A DNA stretch of 64,000 nt from Candidatus Eremiobacteria bacterium (GCA_963765935.1 CAVXXX010000001.1:1446304-1510303), one strand, 5' to 3'; counted from the stretch's first letter, positions 1 to 9,738 are shown. Numbers and translations: made by a program. The notes: a model not told the origin generated them from the letters alone.

Positions 1-626
1 CAATCTTCTCCGAAGAGCTCGGTGTGGACGTCTGGGAGACAATCGCACTTGCGAACGCGCATCCGCGCGTCAATATTCTCTTACCCGGACCCGGTGTGGG
101 GGGTCACTGCATTCCGGTCGATCCGCACTTTCTTTCCGACGCGAACCCGTTCGTGACAGAATTGATTCAGGCGGCGCGGCGCATCAACGAACGCATGCCT
201 AATCGCATCGTCCGGCGCATCGGCCAGCTTGTCGGTCCAGGAAACGGACAGAAAATCACGTTGCTCGGCGCCGCATACAAGGCGGATGTCGATGACGGAC
301 GTGAAAGTCCGACGCTTCGCATCGACGCATTGTTGCGCGATCGCGGTTACGTCACCGCAATTTACGATCCGCTCGTGCGCTCGTTCCCGCGCCCTCTCTG
401 CGACACGCTTCGCGAAGCCGTCGAGGACGCCGAAGCGCTGGTTCTAGTCACGTCGCACCAAGTGTTTTCCCGCATCACCCCCGCTTCCATCGGACCGCTC
501 ATGCGTTCGTGCCGCCTCGTCGATACGCGGAATATTTTCGATACCGTTGATTGGCGCAACGCCGGCTTCGAATGCTACACGCTAGGACGCCCGATGGAAC
601 GCAGTCGAGAAATGGAGTTTGCATGA
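1..626 (+). CDS. UDP-N-acetyl-D-mannosamine / UDP-sugar 6-dehydrogenase family, C-terminal part (5' end outside window)
   Basis: Frame 3 is open from the window edge (IFSEELGVDVWE...). PGPGVGGHCIPVDPHFL and LLGAAYKADVDDGRESP are typical of WecC/Cap5O-type nucleotide-sugar dehydrogenases. Confidence 0.85.
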   Translation, partial: IFSEELGVDVWETIALANAHPRVNILLPGPGVGGHCIPVDPHFLSDANPFVTELIQAARRINERMPNRIVRRIGQLVGPGNGQKITLLGAAYKADVDDGRESPTLRIDALLRDRGYVTAIYDPLVRSFPRPLCDTLREAVEDAEALVLVTSHQVFSRITPASIGPLMRSCRLVDTRNIFDTVDWRNAGFECYTLGRPMERSREMEFA

Positions 627-1600
627 TGAAACGCATCGCACTTGGGTTTCCCCTCTCATGGACGCATCGCCGGGCTTGTTCGCTGAGCGCGATCGCAGGC
701 GCCGGTCGAAGCCCTTACTTCATTCGCTGGGATCCCGGGCGCGGTGTGTACGGTGAAGATTGGGACGAGAACCCGCGAGATGAAAACGGCGTGATGCTTA
801 CCGGACCGGAAGGACACTATCACGCAATCCGCATCTCGCAGTTCGCGCTTCACCTCCACGAACGTTGGTGCGTCAAGAACGACGAAGCAGCCCGCGAAGA
901 TTTTCTGAAGCAGGCGATATGGTTGCGAGACAACCAGGAAACACAGCCTATTGCCGGCATGTACCGATTCAATTTCCCGTGGCCGAAATACGGAGCGCGC
1001 GCCGGATGGGTGTCGGCCATGGCGCAAGGCGAGGCCATCTCGACGCTACTGCGCGCGGAACATGTTTCGCCCGGAAAAGGATTCGCCGACGCGGCCTGGC
1101 GGGCGGCGGAGCCGTTTCGCTACGATATTCCCTCAGGCGGCGTCGTCTGGCGCAACGGCTCGAACATCTTCTTCGAAGAAGTCGCCAACGTCAACGCACC
1201 GCACATTCTCAACGGCTGCATCTTCGCACTATGGGGATTATGGGAACTCTGGGTGAGCTCGCCCCAAGCGTGGCAAGGTGAATTGGTCGAGCGTTGTGTC
1301 GAGACGTTGCGGCGCTGGCTGCCGCTCTACGATACGGGCTGGTGGACACTGTACAGTCTCATGCGTAACCCAACGGGACGCTCGCATCTGGCTACGTTGA
1401 AATATCACGCTTTTCACATCGCTCAGATGAAAATTCTCGGCGCGATGTTCGACGAGCCGGATTTTACGAAAGCGGCGGACCGTTGGACCTCGTACATCGA
1501 CGAGCGCTCTTCGCGCGGACGGCTCCTGGCATCGACGATGATCAGCCTTCCCGAGCGCTTTTTGCATCTCGATACCGTGGCAGGTGGCGCACATACGTGA
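623..1600 (+). CDS. D-glucuronyl C5-epimerase C-terminal-domain family protein
   Basis: ATG at 623 overlaps the upstream TGA (ATGA). Motifs GWVSAMAQGEAISTLLRA, HILNGCIFALWGLWEL, YDTGWWTLYSL and KYHAFHIAQMKIL match the C5-epimerase C-terminal fold (PF06662-like). Confidence 0.75.
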   Translation: MMKRIALGFPLSWTHRRACSLSAIAGAGRSPYFIRWDPGRGVYGEDWDENPRDENGVMLTGPEGHYHAIRISQFALHLHERWCVKNDEAAREDFLKQAIWLRDNQETQPIAGMYRFNFPWPKYGARAGWVSAMAQGEAISTLLRAEHVSPGKGFADAAWRAAEPFRYDIPSGGVVWRNGSNIFFEEVANVNAPHILNGCIFALWGLWELWVSSPQAWQGELVERCVETLRRWLPLYDTGWWTLYSLMRNPTGRSHLATLKYHAFHIAQMKILGAMFDEPDFTKAADRWTSYIDERSSRGRLLASTMISLPERFLHLDTVAGGAHT

Positions 1601-2862
1601 AGATCGCACTCGTCTCGCACTTCTATCTTCCTGAAGCGTGCGCGGCGGCGAATCGCGTCGCTTCCCTTTCCCACGCTCTTATCGAGTCCGGACACGACGT
1701 CACAGTCGTTACGAACGCCCCATCGTTTCCAGCGGGCCGCTTCGCCGAGCGACAACGGTTTCCGGGCACCGAAGAGATCCTCGACGGCGTGCGCGTCGTG
1801 CGCCTGTGGTCGTTCTTGCCGCAACGCTTTCCCGGAAAACGGCTCGCCCACTGGCTCTCATCATCGCTTGCCGCAACTGCGTATCTCGCGCTCTCGCGCA
1901 GACGCTACGATATCATCGTCACCAGCCTCCCGCCGATTACCCTCGCGCTTCCCGCGCTTGCCGGCGCATTGCGGCATCGCGGAGCGCTCGTCGTCGACGT
2001 GCGCGACGTTTTTCCCGATATAGCGATCGCGATGGGAGCATGGAGCGCGCGCAGCCCACAGGCGCGGATCTGCGAATTCATTGCGCGCACGCTCTACCGA
2101 CGCGCCAATCTCACAATTGCCGTAACGCCTACGGCACTCGCTCAGATCGGAGGCCGCGGCGTCGATCCGGACCGCTTGATGCTTGCACCGAATGCTGCAG
2201 AAAGCGCCAACGCAGAAGTGATTCCGGAGCAACGCGACGGCATCTTCACAGCGACCTACGCGGGGAACCTTGGCGTCGCGACCGATGTGGACATTTTCGC
2301 GGACGCCGCGGCGCACTTGCGCGACGTCCCGATTCGCATCGAGATCATCGGTGACGGCGCTGAACGCGCGCGGTTGGAAGAACGCGTGCGTAACGAAGCG
2401 CTTACGAACGTGCATTTCCGCGGCAGCGTTCCGCGCGCCCAAGCAATGGCCGCAGTCGCGGGGTCCGATGTATCGATCGTCCCACTGCGCAGCGGAATCG
2501 AAGAGAGCGTTCCAACGAAGCTCTACGATTCTGTTTCGCTCGGCGTTCCGGTCGTGATCGCTGCCGGCGGCGAAGCGCAGCGCGAAGCACTCGAACTCGG
2601 CGCCCGCTGCGTTCCCTCTGGAGATGCTGCAGCGCTTGCCGGCGTCTTACGCGAGCTCGCCGCGTTGTCCGCGACGCAACGTCGTGAGATTGGAACCGAG
2701 AGCCGGCGACGGTTGTGCGATCGCGCCGATCGTGCCGGCGTCATGGCGCAAGTCGCGCTGCGCATCGGTGCTTTGAGCACCGGCTTTCGCGAGATTGCCG
2801 AGCATGATGATCAACATCCATACCATCCACGCGTACTTGTAGGTGAACAAGTCGATCGTTAG
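1597..2862 (+). CDS. Glycosyltransferase family 4 (GT-B, group 1)
   Basis: GTG at 1597 overlaps the upstream stop (GTGA). N-terminus KIALVSHFYLPEACAAANRVASLSHALIESGHDVTVVT and C-terminal EESVPTKLYDSVSLGVPVV (E-x7-E-like) are typical GT4. Confidence 0.8.
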   Translation: MKIALVSHFYLPEACAAANRVASLSHALIESGHDVTVVTNAPSFPAGRFAERQRFPGTEEILDGVRVVRLWSFLPQRFPGKRLAHWLSSSLAATAYLALSRRRYDIIVTSLPPITLALPALAGALRHRGALVVDVRDVFPDIAIAMGAWSARSPQARICEFIARTLYRRANLTIAVTPTALAQIGGRGVDPDRLMLAPNAAESANAEVIPEQRDGIFTATYAGNLGVATDVDIFADAAAHLRDVPIRIEIIGDGAERARLEERVRNEALTNVHFRGSVPRAQAMAAVAGSDVSIVPLRSGIEESVPTKLYDSVSLGVPVVIAAGGEAQREALELGARCVPSGDAAALAGVLRELAALSATQRREIGTESRRRLCDRADRAGVMAQVALRIGALSTGFREIAEHDDQHPYHPRVLVGEQVDR

Positions 2863-4107
2863 CGACACGGTGATAACGCCGAGAAACGCCGCTTCGAGAG
2901 CAATCCGATGGTCGTACCACTCACTCTCCGGCGGGATCGAACGCAGGATTTTGACGTTGAGCCAAAACCACGCGATCATGATCCCGAATCCGATAACGCC
3001 CAATTCGACGACGTAGTGCAACACGAGATTGTGCGCGGGACTATTGAAACCGAACGGATATGTCTGATGGATTCTGAGGTAGAAAATGTCATATGCGTCG
3101 GGAAAATTGCCGACGCCGTATCCTTGAATCGGCCGGTGCTTGGCCGCCTCGGCGCCGACTTTCCATATGTCGGCACGTCCCGCGCCGCCGGTCGAAAAGA
3201 GCTTCGAGAACCGGTCCCACATCGACGACTGCATGGACAGCAGCGCAACGCACAGTACGGCAAACGGCACGAGCAGTTGCGCGCGATAGCGAGAGCGCAC
3301 GGCGAAATACGCCATTACCAATCCAAATGCGAGAAGCGCCTCGCGCGAGCCGCTGACGACGATCGCGACCGCGAGCACGCTCAAACCGCCGAACGCGACC
3401 GTTTTGATCAGCGCTCGTCGCGATCGAAGTCCCCACATCGTGATGAGCGCCGCCGGGAAGAGCAGCGCGTCACTGAAGTGGTTCGGATCGATCGTCGCTG
3501 AATCGGTGTGCAGTACCAAACGGGCTTTTTCGGGATCGGCCGAGAGCGACGGATCGTGATAGAACAGATTGATTCCATAGAGAGCGGCGGCAATACCACC
3601 AAGCACCACGAGCAACATCGTCGTTTTGAACTCGGCACGGTCGGGCGGCGCAATCGCGAGAATCGCGTAGAGCCCAAAGAGCGCAACGTACGTGGGCATG
3701 ATCTTGAACGAGTCGCCGTTATCGAGCGACCACGTGATCGTCATCGCCATCCAGGCAAGAAGCCCGAAGAGCACAAACACCGGCGGCCCCGGGGCAACGA
3801 ATTTCTGGCGAGCGAGCAGAGCCAGAAAGAGCGCGACGGCCGCGACCATCCCGACCAATTTGGTGAGGGTGCCGAACGAGCCGATTTGAAGCAGATTATC
3901 GAACGGAACCAGCACGATGTAGATACCGAACGGCAAAATGATCGGCCAGCGTAACCACAGGACAAATGCGACTGGGCCGCCGACCAGCAGCATCAGTAAA
4001 ATCCGCCCGAGCTGCGTGCCCGAGCCAAGCGCATAGGCGGCGAAGATGTAGGCGACCGCGAGCACCGCTACAAGGGCATAGCGAAGCGCGGTATTTGTCG
4101 TGCTCAC
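2647..4107 (-). CDS. O-antigen ligase / polymerase-like polytopic membrane protein (Wzy_C domain)
   Basis: At least 10 hydrophobic segments. SGSREALLAFGLVMAYF followed by a large loop (GAGRADIWKVGAEAAKHRPIQGYGVGNF) is typical of WaaL/Wzy-type proteins. GTG start. Confidence 0.75.
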   Translation of the reverse strand: MSTTNTALRYALVAVLAVAYIFAAYALGSGTQLGRILLMLLVGGPVAFVLWLRWPIILPFGIYIVLVPFDNLLQIGSFGTLTKLVGMVAAVALFLALLARQKFVAPGPPVFVLFGLLAWMAMTITWSLDNGDSFKIMPTYVALFGLYAILAIAPPDRAEFKTTMLLVVLGGIAAALYGINLFYHDPSLSADPEKARLVLHTDSATIDPNHFSDALLFPAALITMWGLRSRRALIKTVAFGGLSVLAVAIVVSGSREALLAFGLVMAYFAVRSRYRAQLLVPFAVLCVALLSMQSSMWDRFSKLFSTGGAGRADIWKVGAEAAKHRPIQGYGVGNFPDAYDIFYLRIHQTYPFGFNSPAHNLVLHYVVELGVIGFGIMIAWFWLNVKILRSIPPESEWYDHRIALEAAFLGVITVSLTIDLFTYKYAWMVWMLIIMLGNLAKAGAQSTDAQRDLRHDAGTIGAIAQPSPALGSNLTTLRRGQRGELA

Positions 4108-4228
4108 GTGCTTGTAGTATAGGCCACCTCGCCGCGGCCCGCAGCGTCCGGACGTCTCATCGATGGGACGAAGGCTTCATGAATTCGGTCCGGCGCGCTC
4201 GGCATGGACTTTCCAGTACAATCAATCC

Positions 4229-4590
4229 ATGACTCAAGCCGCAGAGCTCCGGCCGCTGGACCTCGCCCGGTCGATCGCGAACCGCGAAGCCGCGCACGCG
4301 CGCAAGATCATCGCGCGCTTGCAGAAATTGCGCCCGCTCGATTCCGTACGCATCCTGGACATCGGTGTGCCGCATGCTCCGTCCGGGGTCGTGCGAAGCT
4401 CCTACGCAACAAAATTGATCGCGGACGTCGTCGTGCCCGGCTGTTCGTACGCCGCGATCAAATAGACTCGATCGCCGTGGATTTTTGGACGTGGCACTTG
4501 ATAGTCGCGATGCGATCAACGGCGTCGTTCAGGCCTTCACATTGCAGCATATGCTGCTCGTCTTGCAGGCGCGCTTTCCGGGCGCGCGGC
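4229..4590 (+). pseudogene. Decayed class I SAM-dependent methyltransferase remnant
   Basis: MTQAAELRPL...VRILDIGVPHAPSG (degenerate ILDIGCGxG) runs into a stop at 4463. The post-I/II region (DAINGVVQAFTLQHMLLVLQARFPG) continues in a different frame. Confidence 0.3.
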
Positions 4591-4597
4591 AACCGCA

Positions 4598-5257
4598 ATG
4601 TCACTCTTCAACATTTTCGTTACGAGCAGCCGGTTTGCGCAAATGATCTACACGCCGGTGCTCGGCTCGTTATCGGACCGCACTACCCTCGCGACGATCG
4701 GCTCGTTCCAATGGCAATTGCGCGCTGATCATCTTCGCCGGGATGGCAGGAGCAATCGCCGGAACATTTCTGATTCCCACGTTCGTCACGCTCTACGTCC
4801 ACGCCATCGGCGGGCCTCGAGCGTCACGGTAGCGTTCCAAAGCCGCTCTCGCCGTCTTTTCGCGCGACGCACCGCAGCGCACTCGGTCCGTGCATTAACC
4901 TTCGACATGTCGATGCTGCGGCGCGCATGCGCTGGTAAAGTGCCCAAAGATGTGCTCCTTCTCAATACGTTCGTCACGTCTATTTACGGTGTCGGCATGT
5001 GTCCGCCGGCATACGCGAGCGTTCTCGCGCCGGCGGCGGCGCGTACAGCGCTTCTCTCTAGCGGTCTCGTCAATGGCTTCGCAACGATCGCATATAACAT
5101 CGTGGTCGATCCCGCATCAGCGATCGTCACCGATCGTGCGGCGCGCGGCGAACGCAACATCGATGAAGTTCGCGCCCTGGTCGCTGGCCTTTCCGATCAC
5201 AGCGATTCTCGGCTTTTTGCTCTCGCAGCTGTCTACTCGTTCCCGCGAGCGATCTAA
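4598..5257 (+). pseudogene. Decayed MFS-type transporter fragment (multiple frame changes)
   Basis: FAQMIYTPVLGSLSDR (MFS motif A-like) in one frame. TM-like NCALIIFAGMAGAIAGTFLIPTFVTLYV and SLAFPITAILGFLLSQL lie in the other two frames. There is no N-terminal TM1. Confidence 0.35.
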
Positions 5258-5289
5258 TCGAGAGCGGCCGCGCGACTGATCGCCGGCCG

Positions 5290-6780
5290 CTAACGGCGCT
5301 CCAGTAACCGAACCCGAGATTTATAGAATTGTGCGTCCGATAAAATGACGTAGTTCGCTGACACGAACCGCTCGATCGTGCCGCATCCGAACTGAATGTT
5401 CGCGGATTTGCAATCCCCCGTCGTGATCAGCCAGAATTGCTTCGCGTGCGGAAGCGTTGCGGCCAACTGCTTGGGTCCGGTAACGACGAAACGCGAGAGA
5501 TCGTAGCGACGGAAATTCACCGCGTGCGGAATCGCGACAACGGTGTTCGGGCCGCGATAATAATAACTAAACGGAGGCGCATTCTCGGCTTCGAAGATCG
5601 CGATTGGTTGCCCCGCGCGCTCCCGGGCACCGAGATAGGCGTTCACCCGGATCCAATCACCCGGCTTCGCGAGCTGCGCGTACGTCGCCGCGATCGTGAT
5701 CGAAGATGCGGTGAAGGTCAGCACGAACCAGGCCGTAACCGCGATGGTTGCACGGCGTTTATCGAGCAGTGAGAACAACGCGTAGACTCCGATGACTCCC
5801 GCCGCGTAGAGTGAGGCCACGTGCCGGCTAAGGACGAGCACGTGCGCACCATAGGTCGCACAGGCGAAGAGGGCCGCGGCAACAACCACAATCGCAACGA
5901 GCGCGGCGGCGCGGCCGCGAAATTTTTCCCGTGCGACGATTGCAAGCCCAAGCATCGTTGCAACCACGAGACCGTACAAGACGTTCGCGAATGGAATTCC
6001 GAGTGGAAGAATGTAGTGCATGATTGCCAGCGCGATCGACGCAATCGAAAGTACGAATGATGGAGGAGCGAACGCACCCCGGAAATTCGCAACTTGCGCA
6101 GGCACGATCGCAAGCATGGGAAGAAAGAGCAGCATCCCGCCGGCGGCGCAAAGCAAAAAGCGACCGAACCGCTCCCGCCTATAAAGGAGAACGGCGAAGC
6201 CTTGAGCCGCAATGAGAAACGCGAGGTAATACTGCGTATACATCGCAACGACGACGAGCGCCGCGTATGCAATAAACGCGGGCGCTCGCGGCCGCTCGGC
6301 AAGAAAGGCATCGTAGAAAAGCCGCAACAACGTCGCCGAGACGGCAACGATCATGGCATATGGTCGCATTTCGAGTGCCGCCCAAATCAGAAACGGATTC
6401 CACACGAAGGCCAGCGTTATCAATTCGGGCCGCACGAGTGGAGCGTATCGGCGCGCAAGCGACGGAACGAGCGCCGCCGCGAACGCCGCGCAAACAATCG
6501 AGAAACCGCGCAAAAACCAAACCGCACTGCTGATGCTGCGCAGTGCGGCGACAATCATGAAATAGAGCGGCGCGCTCTGTTCGAACCGCAACGCTTCGAT
6601 GAACGCGCGCGCCGGCCCGAAGCTCGTCGAGTGCAGCGTGTACGCTTCGTCTTGCCAGATGTTCAAAACGGCTGCGAGCGGCAACGCGATTGCGATCGTG
6701 AGAATGGCGGCCGTCGCAGCCAGTGGCCACGCGCGCACGCGCGTCGTTGAAACGCGTTCGATTGCTGTCATCGCTTTCAC
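5290..6780 (-). CDS. Polytopic GT-C glycosyltransferase (ArnT/PMT_2-like, GT39/83-like)
   Basis: About 12 TM segments. First periplasmic loop has NIWQDEAYTLHS (DE motif), and a soluble C-terminal domain follows. Confidence 0.7.
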   Translation of the reverse strand: MKAMTAIERVSTTRVRAWPLAATAAILTIAIALPLAAVLNIWQDEAYTLHSTSFGPARAFIEALRFEQSAPLYFMIVAALRSISSAVWFLRGFSIVCAAFAAALVPSLARRYAPLVRPELITLAFVWNPFLIWAALEMRPYAMIVAVSATLLRLFYDAFLAERPRAPAFIAYAALVVVAMYTQYYLAFLIAAQGFAVLLYRRERFGRFLLCAAGGMLLFLPMLAIVPAQVANFRGAFAPPSFVLSIASIALAIMHYILPLGIPFANVLYGLVVATMLGLAIVAREKFRGRAAALVAIVVVAAALFACATYGAHVLVLSRHVASLYAAGVIGVYALFSLLDKRRATIAVTAWFVLTFTASSITIAATYAQLAKPGDWIRVNAYLGARERAGQPIAIFEAENAPPFSYYYRGPNTVVAIPHAVNFRRYDLSRFVVTGPKQLAATLPHAKQFWLITTGDCKSANIQFGCGTIERFVSANYVILSDAQFYKSRVRLLERR

Positions 6781-6883
6781 GATACAACCCTCGGCCCCTC
6801 GGCGCCGCGGGGCGAAGGTATCATGAAGCGGTACGCAGGGCCCTGGCCACCCCTGCGGGCGCCCGCTATCCTACAACGGCACT

Positions 6884-8245
6884 ATGAACCAACGCCTCGC
6901 TCACACCCTCTTCGCGGCGCTCGTGCTCGTCTTTGCAACCGTCTCGGTTGCCCTGGCGGTACGCGGTGACATCGGACATCAAAGCTTCAAGGCATTCTAC
7001 TGCTCCGGAGCCGCAGTCGCGCATCGCGAGGATCCCTACCGCGTCGAACCGGTTCGTACGTGCGAGCACGCATTAGCGGGCGCATCGATGGCGGCGGGTG
7101 CCGTTGAGCCGGCGCCGCTGCCGGGATACGGGCTCGCGCTCTTCGCGGTGCTCTCAACGCTGCCGGCGCGGCTTGCCGCAATCGTCTTCGCACTCACTAT
7201 TACGCTCGCCGTCGCGGCAAGCGCGCTCGCCGTTTCCCGCATCACCGGAATCGATCGCAGCGCGGCCTTTCTCGCCTTGACGCCTCTTGCGTTTCTCAAC
7301 GTCGCGTACGGCGAAATCGCGCCGTACGCGCTGCTTGGCCTCTGCGGCGCCGCCTATTGCCTCACCCGCGAGAAATTTACGGGCGCGGCGATCTTTGCGG
7401 CGCTCTCGCTCGTGCAACCCACGCTCGGATTCGCCGCCGTCATCGCGCTGCTGCTGTTCGTGCCCCGGGCACGCGTTCCGATGCTCGTCGCGCTAACGGC
7501 ACTTACCGTCGTAAGCGTTGCGGCGCTGGGCATCAATGGGAATCTGGAGTACTTTGCTCGCGTGCTTCCGCTGCAGTCTGTATCGGAACTTGCCGCGGCC
7601 GATCAATACAGCCTCGCGCACGTGCTCTTTGTCAGCGGGCTCGGAACCGCAGCCAGTCTCGCGATTGCGCGGATCGCATTCGCGCTTGCGGTCATGCTTG
7701 GTCTTGTCCTCGCCCGAACGCTCGCACGGCGAACCGGTCACGCCGCATACCTCGTGCTCATGCCGCCCGCATTGGCGCTGCTCTTTGGTCTCTACGTCCA
7801 CGACGTCGAGATCTTGGCGGCGATTCCGGCCGCACTGCTCATCGCCGCAGATGCGCGAACGCGATGGAGTTTCACCATCGCGATCGTCTGCGTCGCGCTG
7901 CTATGCGTGGTCTGGACGCAGCGCCTCGGCACCATGTGGATCGTAATGAATTTCGTCGCCGCGGTAGCGGCCGTCTATGGCGCGCAACCGCGACGCACGC
8001 GACTATCCGCTGCAGTACTAACTGCAGCGGTGACGGTTGCGTGCGCCTTTGCGATATCGCACGTCGCAGCGCCGCCGACGCATGGCGAAGTTGCGGTTGC
8101 GTCGGTTAGCGCGAGGGCCGACGAATTTGCTCCGGCGGCCTGGAAAGACTATATCGACGGCTCGCCCGCCCTCGTCGGTGCACGCTACGCGCCCGCCGCA
8201 CCAACGTGGGTAGGTCTGACGTTATTGGTTTTCGCAGCGCTTTGA
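6884..8245 (+). CDS. Polytopic membrane protein, DUF2029/GT87-like glycosyltransferase
   Basis: N-terminal TM followed by FKAFYCSGAAVAHREDPY (resembles the DF..Y...G.dpY loop of GT87), then more than 10 TM segments. Confidence 0.6.
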   Translation: MNQRLAHTLFAALVLVFATVSVALAVRGDIGHQSFKAFYCSGAAVAHREDPYRVEPVRTCEHALAGASMAAGAVEPAPLPGYGLALFAVLSTLPARLAAIVFALTITLAVAASALAVSRITGIDRSAAFLALTPLAFLNVAYGEIAPYALLGLCGAAYCLTREKFTGAAIFAALSLVQPTLGFAAVIALLLFVPRARVPMLVALTALTVVSVAALGINGNLEYFARVLPLQSVSELAAADQYSLAHVLFVSGLGTAASLAIARIAFALAVMLGLVLARTLARRTGHAAYLVLMPPALALLFGLYVHDVEILAAIPAALLIAADARTRWSFTIAIVCVALLCVVWTQRLGTMWIVMNFVAAVAAVYGAQPRRTRLSAAVLTAAVTVACAFAISHVAAPPTHGEVAVASVSARADEFAPAAWKDYIDGSPALVGARYAPAAPTWVGLTLLVFAAL

Positions 8246-8246
8246 G

Positions 8247-8924
8247 TTAAGCCAAACCGTTGCGAATGGCGTGAACCGCGGCCTGAGAACGCGTCGAGAT
8301 ATGCAGTTTCGAGAAGATGTGGCTGACGTGGTTCTTGACCGTTTTTTCCGATAGGGCAAGACGCTTGCCGATATCGCGATTCGAGAGCCCCTGCGCGATC
8401 AAGCGAATGATCTCCATTTCGCGTGGGGAGAGTTCCGTGACGCCGTCGCGGCGCGAGTTGCTGCGGCGGCGGAAGTAGGTGGCGGCGACGCGCGGGTCGA
8501 CATAGCTCGTGCCCTTCGCGACGCTGTGGATGGCGGTGACGAGTTCTTGTAGCGAGGAATCCTTGACGATATAGGCGTCCGCGCCAGCGGACAGACAGTA
8601 TTGCAACAGATCCGGTTGGGGATGCATGGATAATACGCAGACGCGTAGCGACGGATTATGCGATCGGAAAAACGCGATCGCTTCGTCGAGGTCGTCAGCG
8701 TCATCGATGTCTATAACAACGACGTCGGCGGCCTCTTTCGACGTAATAGCCGTTTCACGGCTCGCCGAAATGCCGACGACTCTTATCTCCGGGTCTGACG
8801 ACAGTGCCTGTGCAACCGCTTTTGCGAAAAGAAGCTGTTTTTCGACGATGTACACGCGGATCGTCGTCTGAACGACGGTAGCCAAGAGTTTCTCTCCCTC
8901 CAACTCGACAGGGTCCGCCCGCAT
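8247..8924 (-). CDS. LuxR/NarL-family response regulator (receiver + HTH), orphan
   Basis: C-terminal LSPREMEIIRLIAQGLSNRDIGKRLALSEKTVKNHVSHIFSKL. Receiver has acceptor Asp (VVVIDID) and Lys (AYIVK), but E-K replaces the usual N-terminal DD pair (YIVEKQ). Confidence 0.85.
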   Translation of the reverse strand: MRADPVELEGEKLLATVVQTTIRVYIVEKQLLFAKAVAQALSSDPEIRVVGISASRETAITSKEAADVVVIDIDDADDLDEAIAFFRSHNPSLRVCVLSMHPQPDLLQYCLSAGADAYIVKDSSLQELVTAIHSVAKGTSYVDPRVAATYFRRRSNSRRDGVTELSPREMEIIRLIAQGLSNRDIGKRLALSEKTVKNHVSHIFSKLHISTRSQAAVHAIRNGLA

Positions 8925-9270
8925 GGCGTCGCACCCCCTTAACGAGCCCTCGCTCGAATCCCATCGAGAAATTCCGCGTTATGGAGACGCCCATTCCGCG
9001 GATGCTGGTAGAGGCTCGTCCCCAAAGGGGACGACCCCAGACGTAAACCGTACCCTACGGTCTGGAATCGCGTGCGCCGGTTTTAAGAAGATGTGGATAA
9101 GGCGTGAATAATGCGGCGCACTTTAGGATGGTTCCGTTACGGCTACCTTAGAAGAAGTGTGAATTTCCGATGTCGATAAGTTTCTTAATCTTGCAAGGGC
9201 TCGCTCGCCAGTACCTGTGGGTAAGTAAGCGACGAAGTCACGCCGCCGCCGCCTCGGTCGTTGTCCCGCG

Positions 9271-9738
9271 ATGATATCCGTCCTCGCGCAGGCAGTGCTG
9301 ACCGAGCAAACGCCCGGCTCGAACGTTACCGTCATGGAATGCACGGTAGCGCTTCCCGCCGCGACAATCAGCGCCGCCGGTGGTTCGATGACCGCCGGCC
9401 AAGGCGTCCAGCAGAATTCGACACTCGAAAATAAGACGATCGATGCCGGAACGTCGAACGCGTCCGTTGGGCCGGGATACGACATCACCGTTGTCTTTGC
9501 GAATGATTCCGCGCTTAAAGCAAAAGAAGTGGATTTCGCTTTTGGGCCTTTTGGCCGCCGGACGAGCGACATCGTTGAATCCGGCACATTTTCGCCTCAC
9601 GTAACGATCAAGCGACGTGCGACGATTCACCCCGATTTCGCCGTCGCCGCGTCACTCGAAAAGGGCGTCTGCACCGTCACGCGAGTGATCTATGCCGACG
9701 GCTCGCAGTGGACGTTGGTTCCACCGGGGCGGCCCTAA
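9271..9738 (+). CDS. Hypothetical protein
   Basis: Open frame with GC-rich third positions like neighbouring genes, no recognisable motif. The opposite-strand ORF 9123-9587 looks less protein-like. Confidence 0.45.
   Translation: MISVLAQAVLTEQTPGSNVTVMECTVALPAATISAAGGSMTAGQGVQQNSTLENKTIDAGTSNASVGPGYDITVVFANDSALKAKEVDFAFGPFGRRTSDIVESGTFSPHVTIKRRATIHPDFAVAASLEKGVCTVTRVIYADGSQWTLVPPGRP

Noticed and set aside
4157-4519. 120-aa minus-strand ORF upstream of the Wzy-like gene
   Set aside because: It has no motifs and overlaps the plus-strand methyltransferase remnant, which at least shows a degraded motif I. The region is treated as decayed.
9123-9630. Minus-strand ORFs (154 and 130 aa) opposite the hypothetical gene 9271-9738
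   Set aside because: The plus frame has the more protein-like composition and GC3. The minus frames contain RRRRR runs. Confidence in either strand remains modest.
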